Positions 63,363 to 64,000 of a DNA stretch of 64,000 bases are shown here, one piece after another. How positions within the stretch are numbered: the first letter of the stretch is position 1; the number at the start of each line of letters is the position of its first letter. Under the pieces are notes generated by a model, which worked only from the letters and a program-made list of their open reading frames with translations, made no database searches and was not told the DNA's origin. The translations under genes and the position numbers were made by a program. The DNA lies in NCBI GenBank assembly GCA_963827685.1, contig CAWHBU010000001.1, positions 128,001 to 192,000 of the forward strand, given 5' to 3'. This DNA is from an uncultured delta proteobacterium. Lineage in GTDB: Bacteria; Desulfobacterota; BSN033; UBA1163.

Positions 63363-64000
63363 ATGGAAAAAAGAGCTATCTACGCAATATTATTGACATT
63401 TTTTATTATTATATTCTGGACTTTCATCCAGTCCAAGTTCTTTCCCCAGGCACCCAGTAAACCGCAACCTCAGGAAGTAAAAAGAGAACAAGAAACTCTG
63501 ACAGAAAAGGCAGCGGATAAAAAGGCAGAGATAAAAGAATCAAAACCCTTAAGAGTGGGGAAATCCCGTGAAAAGCAGAAGGTAGTTCCGAAAAAGGAGG
63601 TCTCTATTGAGACCCAGAATTATTGGGCTGTCTTCACGTCCGAGGACGCGAGGTTAAAGCATTTCAAACTTAAGAAATATGAAGACAGGGTGAAACAGAC
63701 TAAGCTCACAATAGAGTTGACACAGCTCATTGAGGAGATTCTCGGTAAGAAAGTGGAAAATCCGAAAAAACCAGAACCTCTCGATCTCGTCAATACAAGG
63801 GAGGCAAAGGATCTTCCATTGGGGCTGACGTTAAACGGCTCTAATCTACCCCTTGATGAGAATTGGGAAGTGGATAAAGATCAACTCCGTTTGCTCGAGA
63901 GCGGTCAAGAGGGTGAAATCATTTTCTCAAAGAGCACGGATGACGGGTTGAAGGTTTTGAAGCGCTTCAAATTCAACGCTGATCTATACACCATCAATCT
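63363..64000 (+). CDS. yidC: Membrane protein insertase (partial, runs off the window)
   Basis: MEKRAIYAILLTFFIIIFW N-terminal TM; position after yidD. Confidence 0.9.
   Translation, partial: MEKRAIYAILLTFFIIIFWTFIQSKFFPQAPSKPQPQEVKREQETLTEKAADKKAEIKESKPLRVGKSREKQKVVPKKEVSIETQNYWAVFTSEDARLKHFKLKKYEDRVKQTKLTIELTQLIEEILGKKVENPKKPEPLDLVNTREAKDLPLGLTLNGSNLPLDENWEVDKDQLRLLESGQEGEIIFSKSTDDGLKVLKRFKFNADLYTIN

Overview
Chromosomal origin region of what looks like an anaerobic deltaproteobacterium (Desulfobacterota-like; inferred from gene content and order). About 26.7-64 kb is core genome, almost all on the minus strand running away from a probable oriC at about 58-59.8 kb: gyrA, dnaA, dnaN, gyrB, coaE, rho, rpmE, prfA, prmC, murA, his genes, recA, pilT, alaS, gltX, smc and a probable 6S RNA. 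The divergent rpmH-rnpA-yidD-yidC operon starts at 62.5 kb. The left 26 kb is accessory or catabolic: a four-gene class I benzoyl-CoA-reductase/2-hydroxyacyl-CoA-dehydratase-like cluster, an IS630 element, a decayed integron-cassette-like stretch, SDR/MBL/acyl-CoA dehydrogenase genes, an MFS pump, a rhodanese-ferritin fusion with an in-frame UGA (probable selenoprotein), and a Liv-type ABC/acyl-CoA ligase operon. The most striking unexplained structure is a dense set of small gene-less palindromic elements. More than a dozen have arms built from 6-8 nt periodic repeats, sit at stop/RBS/start junctions inside operons and often appear to duplicate the RBS or ATG. A 20-bp CCTGCC palindrome is repeatedly nested inside other repeats, and a 108-bp composite repeat is inserted in frame inside prmC. 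All calls come from reading motifs by eye; no database search was run.
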